64,000 nucleotides of DNA from an uncultured virus (IMG/VR IMGVR_UViG_3300032212_000001). Its lineage: Duplodnaviria > Heunggongvirae > Uroviricota > Caudoviricetes. The notes under the pieces were generated by a model. The model saw only the letters and a list, made by a program, of their open reading frames with translations, was not told the origin of the DNA and searched no databases. This document shows, piece after piece, positions 47,021-57,000 of this stretch. The translations under genes and the position numbers were made by a program. The DNA lies in IMG/VR virus record IMGVR_UViG_3300032212_000001; one strand, written 5' to 3'. Positions within the stretch are counted from its first letter, which is position 1; every line of letters starts with the position of its first letter.

Positions 47021-47704
47021 ATGGATATTATTTACGGCTACGAGAGGGGCACGTTTAGGCTCCCTAAGACCGTTTACCAAAGAGTTAAGCGATCTGTTCG
47101 CAAAGAGTTCATGGCTCGTAGAGAGCTTTCTTATGAACTCGCTCTCGATTTATACAAGCAACTGATGAGCAAGAAAGGGCGAGGGGTTGACTACAAGGCT
47201 CTCTACGAGTCTATGGCGTCCAAGGAAGTCCCCATGACTTTTGAAGAGATTGCCAAGGCCACAGGCACGACAGACCCCTCTGAGTGGCCTTCAAACCTTC
47301 CAGGCCGGAAGAACATGACTCTAGATCCTCATAATTGGATTCGAGACTCATTGTTTCCAGAAATCAAGTCAGGCGAACAGCTTGAGCTTACTTCATCGAA
47401 CAAGAAACCTCGAAAACCGACTAAGAAAGCGTTTTCTCGGATAGATCCGGGTGATTTCATTAAGTTGTTCGACGGCGAAGTATGGATCATGTTTGACGAG
47501 GGCTCTACGGTCTACTGGAATTGTTGTCAGTTAAAGGATTGGGGCGGCTCTAGGCTAAGAGCTTTTTGTCGCAAAGACACTATTGTCAAAGCCTTCTTTG
47601 ACGGCATCGAAGGTGTTTCAAGGTGGGGCTCCAATGGCGGTGAGATCGTTGCTTGTGACGGTCAGTATGTCTTAAAAGGCTATGGGAAGGGTATCAATGC
47701 CTAG
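47021..47704 (+). CDS. hypothetical protein
   Basis: start after GACAAGGAGA. Confidence 0.7.
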   Translation: MDIIYGYERGTFRLPKTVYQRVKRSVRKEFMARRELSYELALDLYKQLMSKKGRGVDYKALYESMASKEVPMTFEEIAKATGTTDPSEWPSNLPGRKNMTLDPHNWIRDSLFPEIKSGEQLELTSSNKKPRKPTKKAFSRIDPGDFIKLFDGEVWIMFDEGSTVYWNCCQLKDWGGSRLRAFCRKDTIVKAFFDGIEGVSRWGSNGGEIVACDGQYVLKGYGKGINA

Positions 47705-47969
47705 TGACGAAGACGATTACCTGAATTATGTTGTCAATAGGACTGGCATAGCCATGTTTTTCCTTCTTGTGACAGCCTGTCTTTTCTATCCCATTGGATC
47801 AAATAGGGATGTGAATAAAGATGTAGTTCAAGCTCATAAGATAAAGGGGGATATAGGCTTCATGGAGATAAGTGAAGAGGGACGTAAGATAGTGGTGACT
47901 TTGAAAAACGGTCACGTTTATGAAATTACTTCTCACAAACACCCTATGAAGTTAAAGAAAAAGTCTTGA
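47697..47969 (+). CDS. small membrane protein
   Basis: single TM. Confidence 0.5.
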   Translation: MPSDEDDYLNYVVNRTGIAMFFLLVTACLFYPIGSNRDVNKDVVQAHKIKGDIGFMEISEEGRKIVVTLKNGHVYEITSHKHPMKLKKKS

Positions 47970-48075
47970 CGATCTTCCTATTGGGTCTTATAAGAATCTT
48001 AAGCTTTGCTTAGTCAGTTAGCAGGATTGATCGAAGCTCGCGTTCGGAGTCCCCACCCGATCATCATAAGAGTTG

Positions 48076-48116
48076 AAAGAAAATGCCAGGGATTCGCTCC
48101 TTGGCATTTTCCTTTT
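48076..48116 (+). terminator. intrinsic terminator
   Basis: gaaaatgccaggga/tccttggcattttc followed by a T-run. Confidence 0.65.
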
Positions 48117-48201
48117 GTGGCTCGACAAAGATCCCCCGGTCTGGTAAATCTTCAGTAGGCCCGTGATCGGAACCGTGCAAGGAACCATGCGGTTACGGGT
48201 C

Positions 48202-48687
48202 ATGGCTAAATCTCTGTACTGTGCTTGGAAAAGGAGGTGTGTGTTGGACCCCTGGCATTTTAGGAAATACGTAAAGAAGATTGAGCAGAAAAGAGATCGC
48301 CACAGGGCAAGAGATATATCGACAGGAGGCCACATCGTATGCCCTGGATCATACGCCATGGCTAACACCAAGGGTCTCATGGGAATCCATTCGTGTGAGA
48401 TTTTCAGAAGACCATCCCTGAAAATACAGGGTCGTTTTTCGACTCATGCGGCTTGTGACAAGTGTGGAGTGGCTTTTAAGTTGTGGGGTGATGGCTGGAC
48501 CAATGGGACGCCCCCAATCTTTTCCCTTGACGGGGAACGAATGAATCAACTCATGTTGGTCTTAAATGGCGTAATGGCCGAATTGGAGAGAGTATGGCAG
48601 CAGGAAGCTTTGGAAATACACCGTCAGCAGACTTCTATGATGACGACGACGAGCCCATCAGAGTTCGAGGAAGCAGAAGAGAAGTGA
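48202..48687 (+). CDS. hypothetical Cys/His-containing protein
   Basis: ORF ahead of the late operon; start uncertain. Confidence 0.45.
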   Translation: MAKSLYCAWKRRCVLDPWHFRKYVKKIEQKRDRHRARDISTGGHIVCPGSYAMANTKGLMGIHSCEIFRRPSLKIQGRFSTHAACDKCGVAFKLWGDGWTNGTPPIFSLDGERMNQLMLVLNGVMAELERVWQQEALEIHRQQTSMMTTTSPSEFEEAEEK

Positions 48688-50276
48688 ATCAAGACGACGT
48701 TTTTGACAAGATTGGAAGCGTTGTCAAGGACGCTCTCAACCCGGACCCAGGCGGCATGACAATCAAGGTCTATCGCCTTTGGCCTATCTCTAAGAGACAC
48801 CCAGCGGGTCAGTGGTATAAGACTTATCCTTACGGTAAGTTGCCTGATATTGAGTCTCTTGTGAGTGAAGACTACGGACGCGGTAAATACCGATACGAAG
48901 TGTGGTCTGACGGTCGCAAATGTAACGATCAGACGGTCGTGGTTGGTGGTGGTCCAGCTCTTGACACTATGAACGAAGAGATCCCTGTTGATAAGAGGGA
49001 GCCCATGCCGGATGACGACGCTTCGCAGTCTGCTTTCGGCGCTCAAGGGGATGTGATGAACACGGGCCGGGGGATGGCTCTTGGTGGAAACGGTTTTCGA
49101 GGAGATCCTTTTCACGGTATGGGAACCACGATGGCCGCTTCATTCGAGCAGATGAAGCGGAAAGAGCAGGAGTGGCATCGCAAGGAATACGAATACGAGC
49201 AGACGAAAATTCGTATGGAGCAACAAATACGCGAGATGGAGAACTCTGTTCGAGAGAAAGACCGAAAGCTTTATGATTTGGAAATCGAAAAGCGTGGTCA
49301 CGAAGACATTGAAGAGCGTAATCGTAAGCTTAAGGAAGATCTTCGCAAGAGCCAGGGAGAGACTGACCAGGAGCGCCAAAAGATCTATGGCATAGAGCTT
49401 GAGAACAATCGCTTGAAAGCCATGGTCGAAAGCAAGAACATTGAACTCAAGAAGATCGACGAGATGAAGCTTGAGATGCAGCGCATGAAAGATCAGAAAG
49501 AGACCGCTGACAGGCAGGTCTATCAGCTTCAGATCGAGCGAAATGCCTTGCAGACAAAGCTTGAATCTGAGAAGGCTGAGACTGTTCGTCAGGTTGAGCT
49601 TGCCAAGGTTCAAGCAAAGTCTGGTCAAGGTGGTGACGCGATGACCATGATGCTTCTAAACTCTATTTTGGAGAAGAAGGGCGGGAATGGCATGGACGAC
49701 ATGCGAAATATGTTTAGCATGTTCCGTGAGATGAAGCAGACAACGGAGGAGTTTGCTCCCCCTGCTATTGAGTCCGGCGGCGGTGGTGGAACGGACATCG
49801 CTGGTATTCTTAACGGGGTCGGCAGTGTTCTTGGCGCGGCGAGAGGATTTATCATGCCTCCCCAGGCCCCTCCGGGTTCTCCCCAGGCTGCTCCTCCTCC
49901 CCAGGCCCCTCCTCCTCATAGGCAACCCCCAGCGATAGCTCCAAGCGAGCCTGTCGCCCGATTCGATGGCCCAACAGATCCGCAAGTTCCGAATGAGCCG
50001 GTCGCGACTCAGGAATTTGCCGCCATTCTTGACCAAGGTTTGTCAGAGCTTCCGTCTCCCGAAGAATGGGCGACTCAAGCTATTCCATACGTTACAGGCA
50101 GCGGAGCCCGCTCTTTAATGGAAGTGAAGGACGAAGTTGGTTTGAATGAGTGGGCCAAGGCCATTGACGGTATGAGTATGGATAAGCTCTATTCAGTTCT
50201 TGTTTCGGACCCAAAGAAAGCCGAATGGATACAACACGCCTTCGGTGCATTGCAAGGAGTAATTAGCCGTGGCTGA
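48594..50276 (+). CDS. coiled-coil, Pro-rich protein (probably morphogenetic)
   Basis: long heptad region and PPQAPP tract; start may be GTG 48684. Confidence 0.7.
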   Translation: MAAGSFGNTPSADFYDDDDEPIRVRGSRREVNQDDVFDKIGSVVKDALNPDPGGMTIKVYRLWPISKRHPAGQWYKTYPYGKLPDIESLVSEDYGRGKYRYEVWSDGRKCNDQTVVVGGGPALDTMNEEIPVDKREPMPDDDASQSAFGAQGDVMNTGRGMALGGNGFRGDPFHGMGTTMAASFEQMKRKEQEWHRKEYEYEQTKIRMEQQIREMENSVREKDRKLYDLEIEKRGHEDIEERNRKLKEDLRKSQGETDQERQKIYGIELENNRLKAMVESKNIELKKIDEMKLEMQRMKDQKETADRQVYQLQIERNALQTKLESEKAETVRQVELAKVQAKSGQGGDAMTMMLLNSILEKKGGNGMDDMRNMFSMFREMKQTTEEFAPPAIESGGGGGTDIAGILNGVGSVLGAARGFIMPPQAPPGSPQAAPPPQAPPPHRQPPAIAPSEPVARFDGPTDPQVPNEPVATQEFAAILDQGLSELPSPEEWATQAIPYVTGSGARSLMEVKDEVGLNEWAKAIDGMSMDKLYSVLVSDPKKAEWIQHAFGALQGVISRG

Positions 50277-50757
50277 TTCAATTTTAAGCGGAAACCGTTT
50301 TCCAGATAAGCCAGCGCATCAGTTTAAGACTGCCGGAGCTGGAGTGGCAAAGCAGCCCGTCGCTGCACAAAACGACTATTCGGGTCAGCCCAGGGAAGGT
50401 TCGCCTTTCAACTGTCATGAAGACAAGCTTCCTTGTATCACGACTCAGTGCCCTAAGTGGGTCGAGGTTGAAGGAGAGTCTCTTGAACAATACCCTTATG
50501 GGGGCTATTGTGTTTCAGCAAGCAAAGACGAAGCTGTCGAGGAACTTGCGAAAGACGCAAAGGAAACTCTCAATACGGTCGTCGAAATGTTCACAACTTA
50601 TGCACCGATTGTAAAAACTATGGTAGTAAGTTGGGTCCAGAAGGATATGATGAGCGGCAAAAGTGTTGTTGGAGGTTTTCTCGGTAGATTTACCGAAGGA
50701 AATGACGAAGAGAATGACAGCGAAACCGAGGAGGATAAACCAACCTTCGAGGTTTGA
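50269..50757 (+). CDS. hypothetical protein
   Basis: GGAG RBS, coupling. Confidence 0.65.
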   Translation: MADSILSGNRFPDKPAHQFKTAGAGVAKQPVAAQNDYSGQPREGSPFNCHEDKLPCITTQCPKWVEVEGESLEQYPYGGYCVSASKDEAVEELAKDAKETLNTVVEMFTTYAPIVKTMVVSWVQKDMMSGKSVVGGFLGRFTEGNDEENDSETEEDKPTFEV

Positions 50758-50769
50758 TCGAGGGTTGGT

Positions 50770-51729
50770 GTGCTTTTAGATAGGCGATTTGACGTTTCAT
50801 TGAAGATTGTTCCCCCAGGGAACCAAGCGATCTCACACACCCTTGGTCAGATGGTCGCCTATGCAAAAGACCCACAGACTCTAGTTGAAGCAAGACGCTA
50901 CGCGCTTTACATAACGAAAGGATCTAAATCTCGTTATGAACGTGTGAAGCGTCTTTTTTCTTGGGCTCGCAAAAATGTTGAATATGTCAACGATATACAC
51001 GGTATCGAGCACGTTCAAGATCCGGTCTTTATTCTTGAGAAAGCGTTTTCCAGAAACCCACAAGAGAAAGCCCTCTCGGCTGGTGATTGTGACTGCCATG
51101 CGGTCCTTCTCGCTGTCATGTGCATAAGCCTTGGTATTCCTGCTCGATACACGGTCACAGAGGACAAGAAGAACCCTGGTTCAGCGACAAGGCCGAATTG
51201 GGCTCATGTCCACGCGGAAGCGTTTGCTAATAACGAATGGATTCCAATGGATACTTCGATGTGGTTCGTTGACTACGACCGAAGAGTCCCTGGGCGTCGT
51301 TCTTATATCAAGATTCCCTTTGCTTCTGAGGCGGGGTCTGTTGGTGAAGAGCGCTTCATTCCTTTTGAGAAAAACAAGAATCTTGGTTGGGCTCAAGTGG
51401 TTACGGCTGGTATAAGGTCTGTTGCCGATATCACAAAGGCCCTTATCAATCAGGGTATTGCTAAGGACACTATTGAGGCCCAGGAGCTTGCTCTGAGGCT
51501 TAAGTCTGAAGTTCAGGAGCGTTATCTTACAACAAAGGCAGAACTTGATGCTGAGATCGTGAAGCTTGCTCTCGAAATGAAGAATCGCGATAAATTGGAA
51601 AGAGAATCTGCTGAAAAGTTTCGCAAAAAGAGTCTAACAGATACTATAGTGACTGTGACATTGGCCCTTGGCGCTTTGGGCGCGATTATGTTTTCGGAGG
51701 AGATTAAAAAATTATGGACTACGGAATGA
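50770..51729 (+). CDS. transglutaminase-like cysteine protease with C-terminal TM anchor
   Basis: Y.ND..G.E.VQ.P, GDCDCHAVLLA...LG.PAR, HVHAE, WIPMD (Cys-His-Asp triad). Confidence 0.8.
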   Translation: MLLDRRFDVSLKIVPPGNQAISHTLGQMVAYAKDPQTLVEARRYALYITKGSKSRYERVKRLFSWARKNVEYVNDIHGIEHVQDPVFILEKAFSRNPQEKALSAGDCDCHAVLLAVMCISLGIPARYTVTEDKKNPGSATRPNWAHVHAEAFANNEWIPMDTSMWFVDYDRRVPGRRSYIKIPFASEAGSVGEERFIPFEKNKNLGWAQVVTAGIRSVADITKALINQGIAKDTIEAQELALRLKSEVQERYLTTKAELDAEIVKLALEMKNRDKLERESAEKFRKKSLTDTIVTVTLALGALGAIMFSEEIKKLWTTE

Positions 51730-52037
51730 GGAATCCTGTGGATCGTCTTCACGGATCAGGTTGGGAGGGTTTTGGACAAAACCTTGCCACTGGTTTGGTG
51801 CAGACTGGTCAAGCTGTGACAGGACAAGCTATTAACTACGGTATGCAGCAAGGACAGAAGGAACTCGACAAAGCTTTGGGCATCAATCAGCCTAAGCCTA
51901 AAACGAGTAGCTGGCTTCCCAGCTTTTCTGGCTCTGCTTCTGGGTCTGCTAAAGGCGGAACACCGAAATGGGTCTATGGACTCGGTGCGGTTGTTGTCAT
52001 TGGCGGCGGGCTTTTCTTTTTCTACAAGAAAAAGTGA
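51726..52037 (+). CDS. small tail-anchored membrane protein
   Basis: C-terminal TM followed by KKK. Confidence 0.7.
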   Translation: MRNPVDRLHGSGWEGFGQNLATGLVQTGQAVTGQAINYGMQQGQKELDKALGINQPKPKTSSWLPSFSGSASGSAKGGTPKWVYGLGAVVVIGGGLFFFYKKK

Positions 52038-52049
52038 AGTGAGGTTCGC

Positions 52050-52433
52050 ATGATTTATGGCAATAGACTCTCTGCCAGAAACAACGGGAACCTTGGTTTC
52101 TTTGGCACTTCACCGGGCTCTCCTATTTCGGGTGCCGGTGCCGGTGGCATAGGTTTTGGTGACATCATTGGAGCCGGAACTCAGATTTACGGTATGCATT
52201 TGCAAGCCGGAATCAAAGAAGACGAGATCAAGATGAAAGAGCGAGTCGGAATGGCTCAAGCGGATGCTCAGAAGTGGGGCTACCAAGCCCAGGCTGAAGT
52301 CGCTGGAGAACGTTCCGAGTCAAAAGGTCTCTACATCGCTATTGGTCTTGCTGGATTGACAGGTCTTGCTTTATTCACCCTTGGTTATGTTTATGTTTCC
52401 AGGGGCGATGATGACGAGGCCGAAGGGGAGTGA
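52050..52433 (+). CDS. small membrane protein (GNLGF motif)
   Basis: GAGG RBS; C-terminal TM. Confidence 0.7.
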   Translation: MIYGNRLSARNNGNLGFFGTSPGSPISGAGAGGIGFGDIIGAGTQIYGMHLQAGIKEDEIKMKERVGMAQADAQKWGYQAQAEVAGERSESKGLYIAIGLAGLTGLALFTLGYVYVSRGDDDEAEGE

Positions 52434-52436
52434 ATC

Positions 52437-52685
52437 ATGGCTGGTGCCATTGGTCACAATCGTTACTCTTACAAGAGAGGACCACTACCTTGTAAGAGTG
52501 TTTCTGCATGGGCGAAGGGGCCTGATATTGTTCTGGCAACGCCACAGCATTTGACCAATGCTCAGTCCATGCCTGTTGTTCACGAAGAACAATCATTTAT
52601 TGACAAATTGTCAAATCCGTCATTCCTTCGTATTCTCGTAGGTGCTGGTTTGACTTGGTACTTTCTTAGGAGTATGGAGAAATGA
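52437..52685 (+). CDS. small tail-anchored membrane protein
   Basis: C-terminal TM. Confidence 0.65.
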   Translation: MAGAIGHNRYSYKRGPLPCKSVSAWAKGPDIVLATPQHLTNAQSMPVVHEEQSFIDKLSNPSFLRILVGAGLTWYFLRSMEK

Positions 52686-52966
52686 AATTCTACCGACAAA
52701 TGGACGAGCCTGGGCACCTTGCTGGAACCAGTCTTTATCCTGCTAGTTCCATGCCGGGTCACTTGGCCGAGGCTCAACCTTACAGTGATTCGTCACTCCC
52801 TGGTCACTTGGGCTGTGGTCTTGGTTCGTCTTCTCCCGCCCCCTCTGGTGGGCCAGGGATGGTTGACAAGTTGAGAACGAAGCTCAACGATCCTCTTTAT
52901 TTGCTTTTGGCTGGTGCGTCTCTTTATGGCGCTTTCTACTTGGCTAAAAAGAACAAGTGGATCTGA
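52682..52966 (+). CDS. small tail-anchored membrane protein with three PGHL[AG] repeats
   Basis: C-terminal TM followed by KK. Confidence 0.7.
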   Translation: MKFYRQMDEPGHLAGTSLYPASSMPGHLAEAQPYSDSSLPGHLGCGLGSSSPAPSGGPGMVDKLRTKLNDPLYLLLAGASLYGAFYLAKKNKWI

Positions 52967-52990
52967 TCCCAAAGCGTCGAGAGGTTATCA

Positions 52991-53167
52991 ATGAGTGAGA
53001 ATGGTTATTCCTATGGTCACGAGTATAGGGGTGATGGGAACCTTGGCTTCCTGCCATTCTCGCTTGTTGTTCACGCTCCTGCTCTTGATGTCGATAAAGA
53101 AGCCGCTGGCGATTATGTGAAGGGCCTCCTTTTTGGTGCGGCTATTTACATGTTTTTTGGAAAGTGA
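52991..53167 (+). CDS. small tail-anchored membrane protein (58 aa, not in ORF track)
   Basis: GAGG RBS; MSENGYSYGHEYRGDGNLGF...LLFGAAIYMFFGK. Confidence 0.65.
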   Translation: MSENGYSYGHEYRGDGNLGFLPFSLVVHAPALDVDKEAAGDYVKGLLFGAAIYMFFGK

Positions 53168-53173
53168 AATAGG

Positions 53174-54076
53174 ATGAAGAAATATCCTCATGGTGTCATG
53201 CCGGATGGCTGGCCCCCTTTTACAAGGGCTCCTTATTGCCCAAAGCCCAAGCCGATTGTTGGTCCCTACAATCGTTCCCGACCTTGTTACGACGAAAGTA
53301 AATCAACCCAAACGTCGTTCTACGGCTGGCGTATTCCCTCCTATGTGGCTCCTCAGATCATGAATTGCCCGAATCCATCAGAGGGTTATCTTGACCCTGA
53401 AATGCCAGAGCATTTGGGTGGCTCGTCCCTTGGCGGCTGTGATAAGGATAAGCTTCGCCTTACCGATCTCCAGTGGCGCTATATGTATGGCGGCGGTTCG
53501 TCTGGTCAAGCTTGTGAGCTTATTGCAGGAGTCGCGAGAAGACTTGCTACTTCAGACATGGCAACGAAGAGAGGGGATCTCAAAGCAGCCCAGCATTTCA
53601 TTAACGAGGCCGCAGCGTCAGCGAGGAGAGAGCTTACAGGGCATGACCTTGAGGGCGCTCTGAGTTATGTTGTGGACGCTCAAGATCGCCTGAACGTTCG
53701 TATTCAAGCCGACAAGGAAAAGGACGTGGCGTTCGCTAACATTCAGGCCGGTGCTCGCGAAGAAAACCTTGTCGCTGCTGAAGAGAAGCGACAAGAGCAA
53801 AAAGAGAAAGACGAAGCCGCCTGGACGCCTGAAGATCAAGAGAAGGATAATCAAGCGACGGAATGGGCAAAGCGTGGTGATTGGTGGGGCAAAATGAAGT
53901 ATGCCTTCTCCTCTCTCCCAGGCGGTCACAAGGCTATGTCAACATTGCCTAAAGAGGCTCCTAAAGTTCCAGATCCCGCAAAGAAGGTTATGCTTGTTGC
54001 TGGTCTCGCCCTGGCTGGCTATGTTGGCTTTCAGGTTTTCGTCACAGGGAAAACGATAAAAAAAGCCCTTTTCTGA
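53174..54076 (+). CDS. tail-anchored membrane protein
   Basis: EHLGGSSLGG motif; C-terminal TM. Confidence 0.7.
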   Translation: MKKYPHGVMPDGWPPFTRAPYCPKPKPIVGPYNRSRPCYDESKSTQTSFYGWRIPSYVAPQIMNCPNPSEGYLDPEMPEHLGGSSLGGCDKDKLRLTDLQWRYMYGGGSSGQACELIAGVARRLATSDMATKRGDLKAAQHFINEAAASARRELTGHDLEGALSYVVDAQDRLNVRIQADKEKDVAFANIQAGAREENLVAAEEKRQEQKEKDEAAWTPEDQEKDNQATEWAKRGDWWGKMKYAFSSLPGGHKAMSTLPKEAPKVPDPAKKVMLVAGLALAGYVGFQVFVTGKTIKKALF

Positions 54077-57000
54077 TTGAGGAGCGCAAACGTGCTATTC
54101 GGACGACAACGGAATCCCGCAGCCACGACTTTGGCGAGGGGCGGGGCTGGTTGGGCTCCGAGACATTCAGACCAACGGAGAACCACGTCTTCCCTTGGTG
54201 AAGCTCAGGCTGATGAAATTGGGAGTGTGATAAGCTTCACCAAGGAAAGCGTTTTCCAAACCCTTCGCAAGATAGCGACCGATTATCCTTGTGACTCTCC
54301 GTTTTATGTCGATGAATACGACGGAAGCTACAATGTCAAGCCAGACGCTTCCCCTTCGATTCATAGCTTAGTGTCAGCTATCAGAGCCGGTTCTGTCCCA
54401 GTGTCTTTTCTTGAGGACATTGTGAGAGATCCTGACATGACACGTATGCATGGCATTGTCGATTTCGCCAGGGATATGCTTCTTGCGGCAAACAAGAGCC
54501 TACAGGGCTTCGGAGTGGCTCTGAGTGAGCGTCCTGTAGGAAGTGATATTTCGGATCTCTACAACCGGATTATGAGGACAGGTTTCTCTTCAAGATCGAC
54601 GGTGAGGCGAACCATACTTTTAGGTCGGGTTGGAGAGGATAACTTCTCTTATGATCTAACGCCTAAAGTGCCGTCTCCTTATGGAGCAATCGTCATTGGA
54701 GATTCTTCAACGGATTCTGATTTCTTTAGTAAAGCTTCGGCATTGTTCCCAGGTGGCCCTAAGATTGGCACCATCGCTAAGTATGCAAAAACGATTGAAT
54801 ACCACTCCGATGTCAACGGCAAGATCATTGTCAAGAAGGCCGAGAAAGACAAGGATTCAGGTCAGTTCTTTGTTCGGAGGATTTGGCAGAAGTGGTCGAA
54901 TGTCCCAGCGACACACTACATTGATAAAATTCGATTCGATCAGTATTTGAACACCTTCGCGCCCGCCAAAAATGTGACAGGGACTCCAGACGAGATTGAG
55001 GCGAAGCGAATAGAGACCGTTGATAATAGGCTCTCTCAGTCTCCCACAGGATTGTCTGTCAATCTTTGGTATGGAATGACTGCTCCTGCGACACAGGTGG
55101 AATGGGAAAGAGCAAAGGTCGCTCGCGCCCAAATCGCTGGTTCTCCAGTCAACTATCCTGTCGATATCATCGAAGAGCTTAACACGATCCCATTTGGCAC
55201 GAACTATAAGAATATCGACGCTCAAGAGAAAACAGCCGTCTCCTACAATGGTGTTGCCCAATCTCCAAAGAATCGCTTGCGCGTGAACTTCGAGGCTTCA
55301 AATTGGACGAATCCAGGCCCATGGAACGAAATAAAGCCGATTGACGTTGTGATTGCCTTGGAATCACTCAGCCCAGATGAGATTGATCGACTCGAACGTT
55401 ACTTCGACTGGAATCATGACGGATCGACGCAGCCATATGTGCCCTCTCCCGGTGGTTTCAATATTCAGATAGACTTTGGTTCGTCATTCAATTCGTGGGC
55501 TCAATCGATGAACGATTCCCACGCCCGGAAGAGAAAAGGTCAAGCAGACAGGTATAGCTTGGCCTTTATGCTTGAGACAATATTCAACCTTACATTTGAG
55601 CCGAAGAAGGCTCTTCTTGCAGGTGATCTTGCAAGGCAAATCGAAATAGAGCAACCAGGGATCGACGAGTCCGATTTACGCATGAATTGGAAGGACATGG
55701 TTAATTGGGTCAGGGATAACAAGAAACTGCCTTACATCATGGCTCGGGCCAAAGATCCTTATGCTGACAAACGAATCGAAAATATTGTTGAGATAAGGGA
55801 GAAGGACAAGACAGAGGAAGAAAAGAGCATTAATTACAAGGTCAATGCTTTGTTTCTTTGGGAGGAAGAAAAGCCTACGGGTCTTGCGAAAAACATCACG
55901 ATTGGCTTGATGAGGGTCGGAGTTCACATTGGCCTTGGAAGGATCGCTTCGGCCAGGGCGCTTTTTGGTCAAATTCGTGAATTTGTTTGTTCTCAAAAGC
56001 TGGCGGGCAACACTCTTTCGGATGGTGAAATTGTCGAGATTGATCGGCTGCTAGAGAACGCCGGTCATTTTGCAAAGAACGGTGTTTTACCGCCGCCAAA
56101 GCCAGTGTCAGCCGATGCAACTCTGGCCTTGGAAGAGCTTGCAAACCGTGTGACGAAAATCGATGCGAGTGAATACATGAGTATGCGCTCAGAAGAGCTT
56201 GCGGTCGCGGCTGACGATTTGAAGAAGGGTAAGTTCACTGAAGAGGACGCGCCTGAGCTTGCTTTGAAGGCTTTGAACGAAGAACGAAAGCTTGATCTAG
56301 AAATTGAAAACTCACGGAAAGAAGTCGAAGCAGCGGAGTTTGAGAAGGAAAAGCTCGAAGAGAAGAAGATCTTGACGCAAGATCGTTTGCACAAGGCTTT
56401 GAAGGGCGATAATGGTCAACTCGATGGTTGGCTGAGTGATAGCCTGAAAAGCGTCGAGCGTAAATTCCGTCATGAGATGAAGCGTGTTGCCAGGAGCGTT
56501 GATAGAACGTTCAGCAGTCTCACTGAAGAGGCTATGGAAGTTCTTGAGCCAAAGAGTGTCTTCGGATTTTTCAAAGACGTTTACGGCGATATTGAAGACG
56601 AGGCGAAGCGGTTTAGTCGTCGTGTCGAGAATGAAACACAGCGCTTTGGTCGGCAAATTGAAAAGGGAGGTAAGAGCTTCGGTCGGCGCTTTGACAAAAA
56701 CCTTCAGAGAGTCGTAAAGTCGATTGCTCAGAACGCTGTGTGGATCAATGCCGTCGCTGGCGTTTTGTGGTATATCCCGGTGATTGGCTGGATTATAAAT
56801 CTCGTAGTCATGTCAATCGTGGCTGTCGCTGAAATCGTTTTTACTTACAAAATGAAGACAGCTATCAAAGGTCAGTTGAAGGACGCTCTTAAGATTCTTC
56901 GTCAACAGATTGCGAAGTTAAACGCGGAAATCGCTGACTTGGAGAGACAAGCTGAAGAGGCAGAGGCCCAGCGTAAAGTTGTGAGGGCTCTTGCCGAAGA

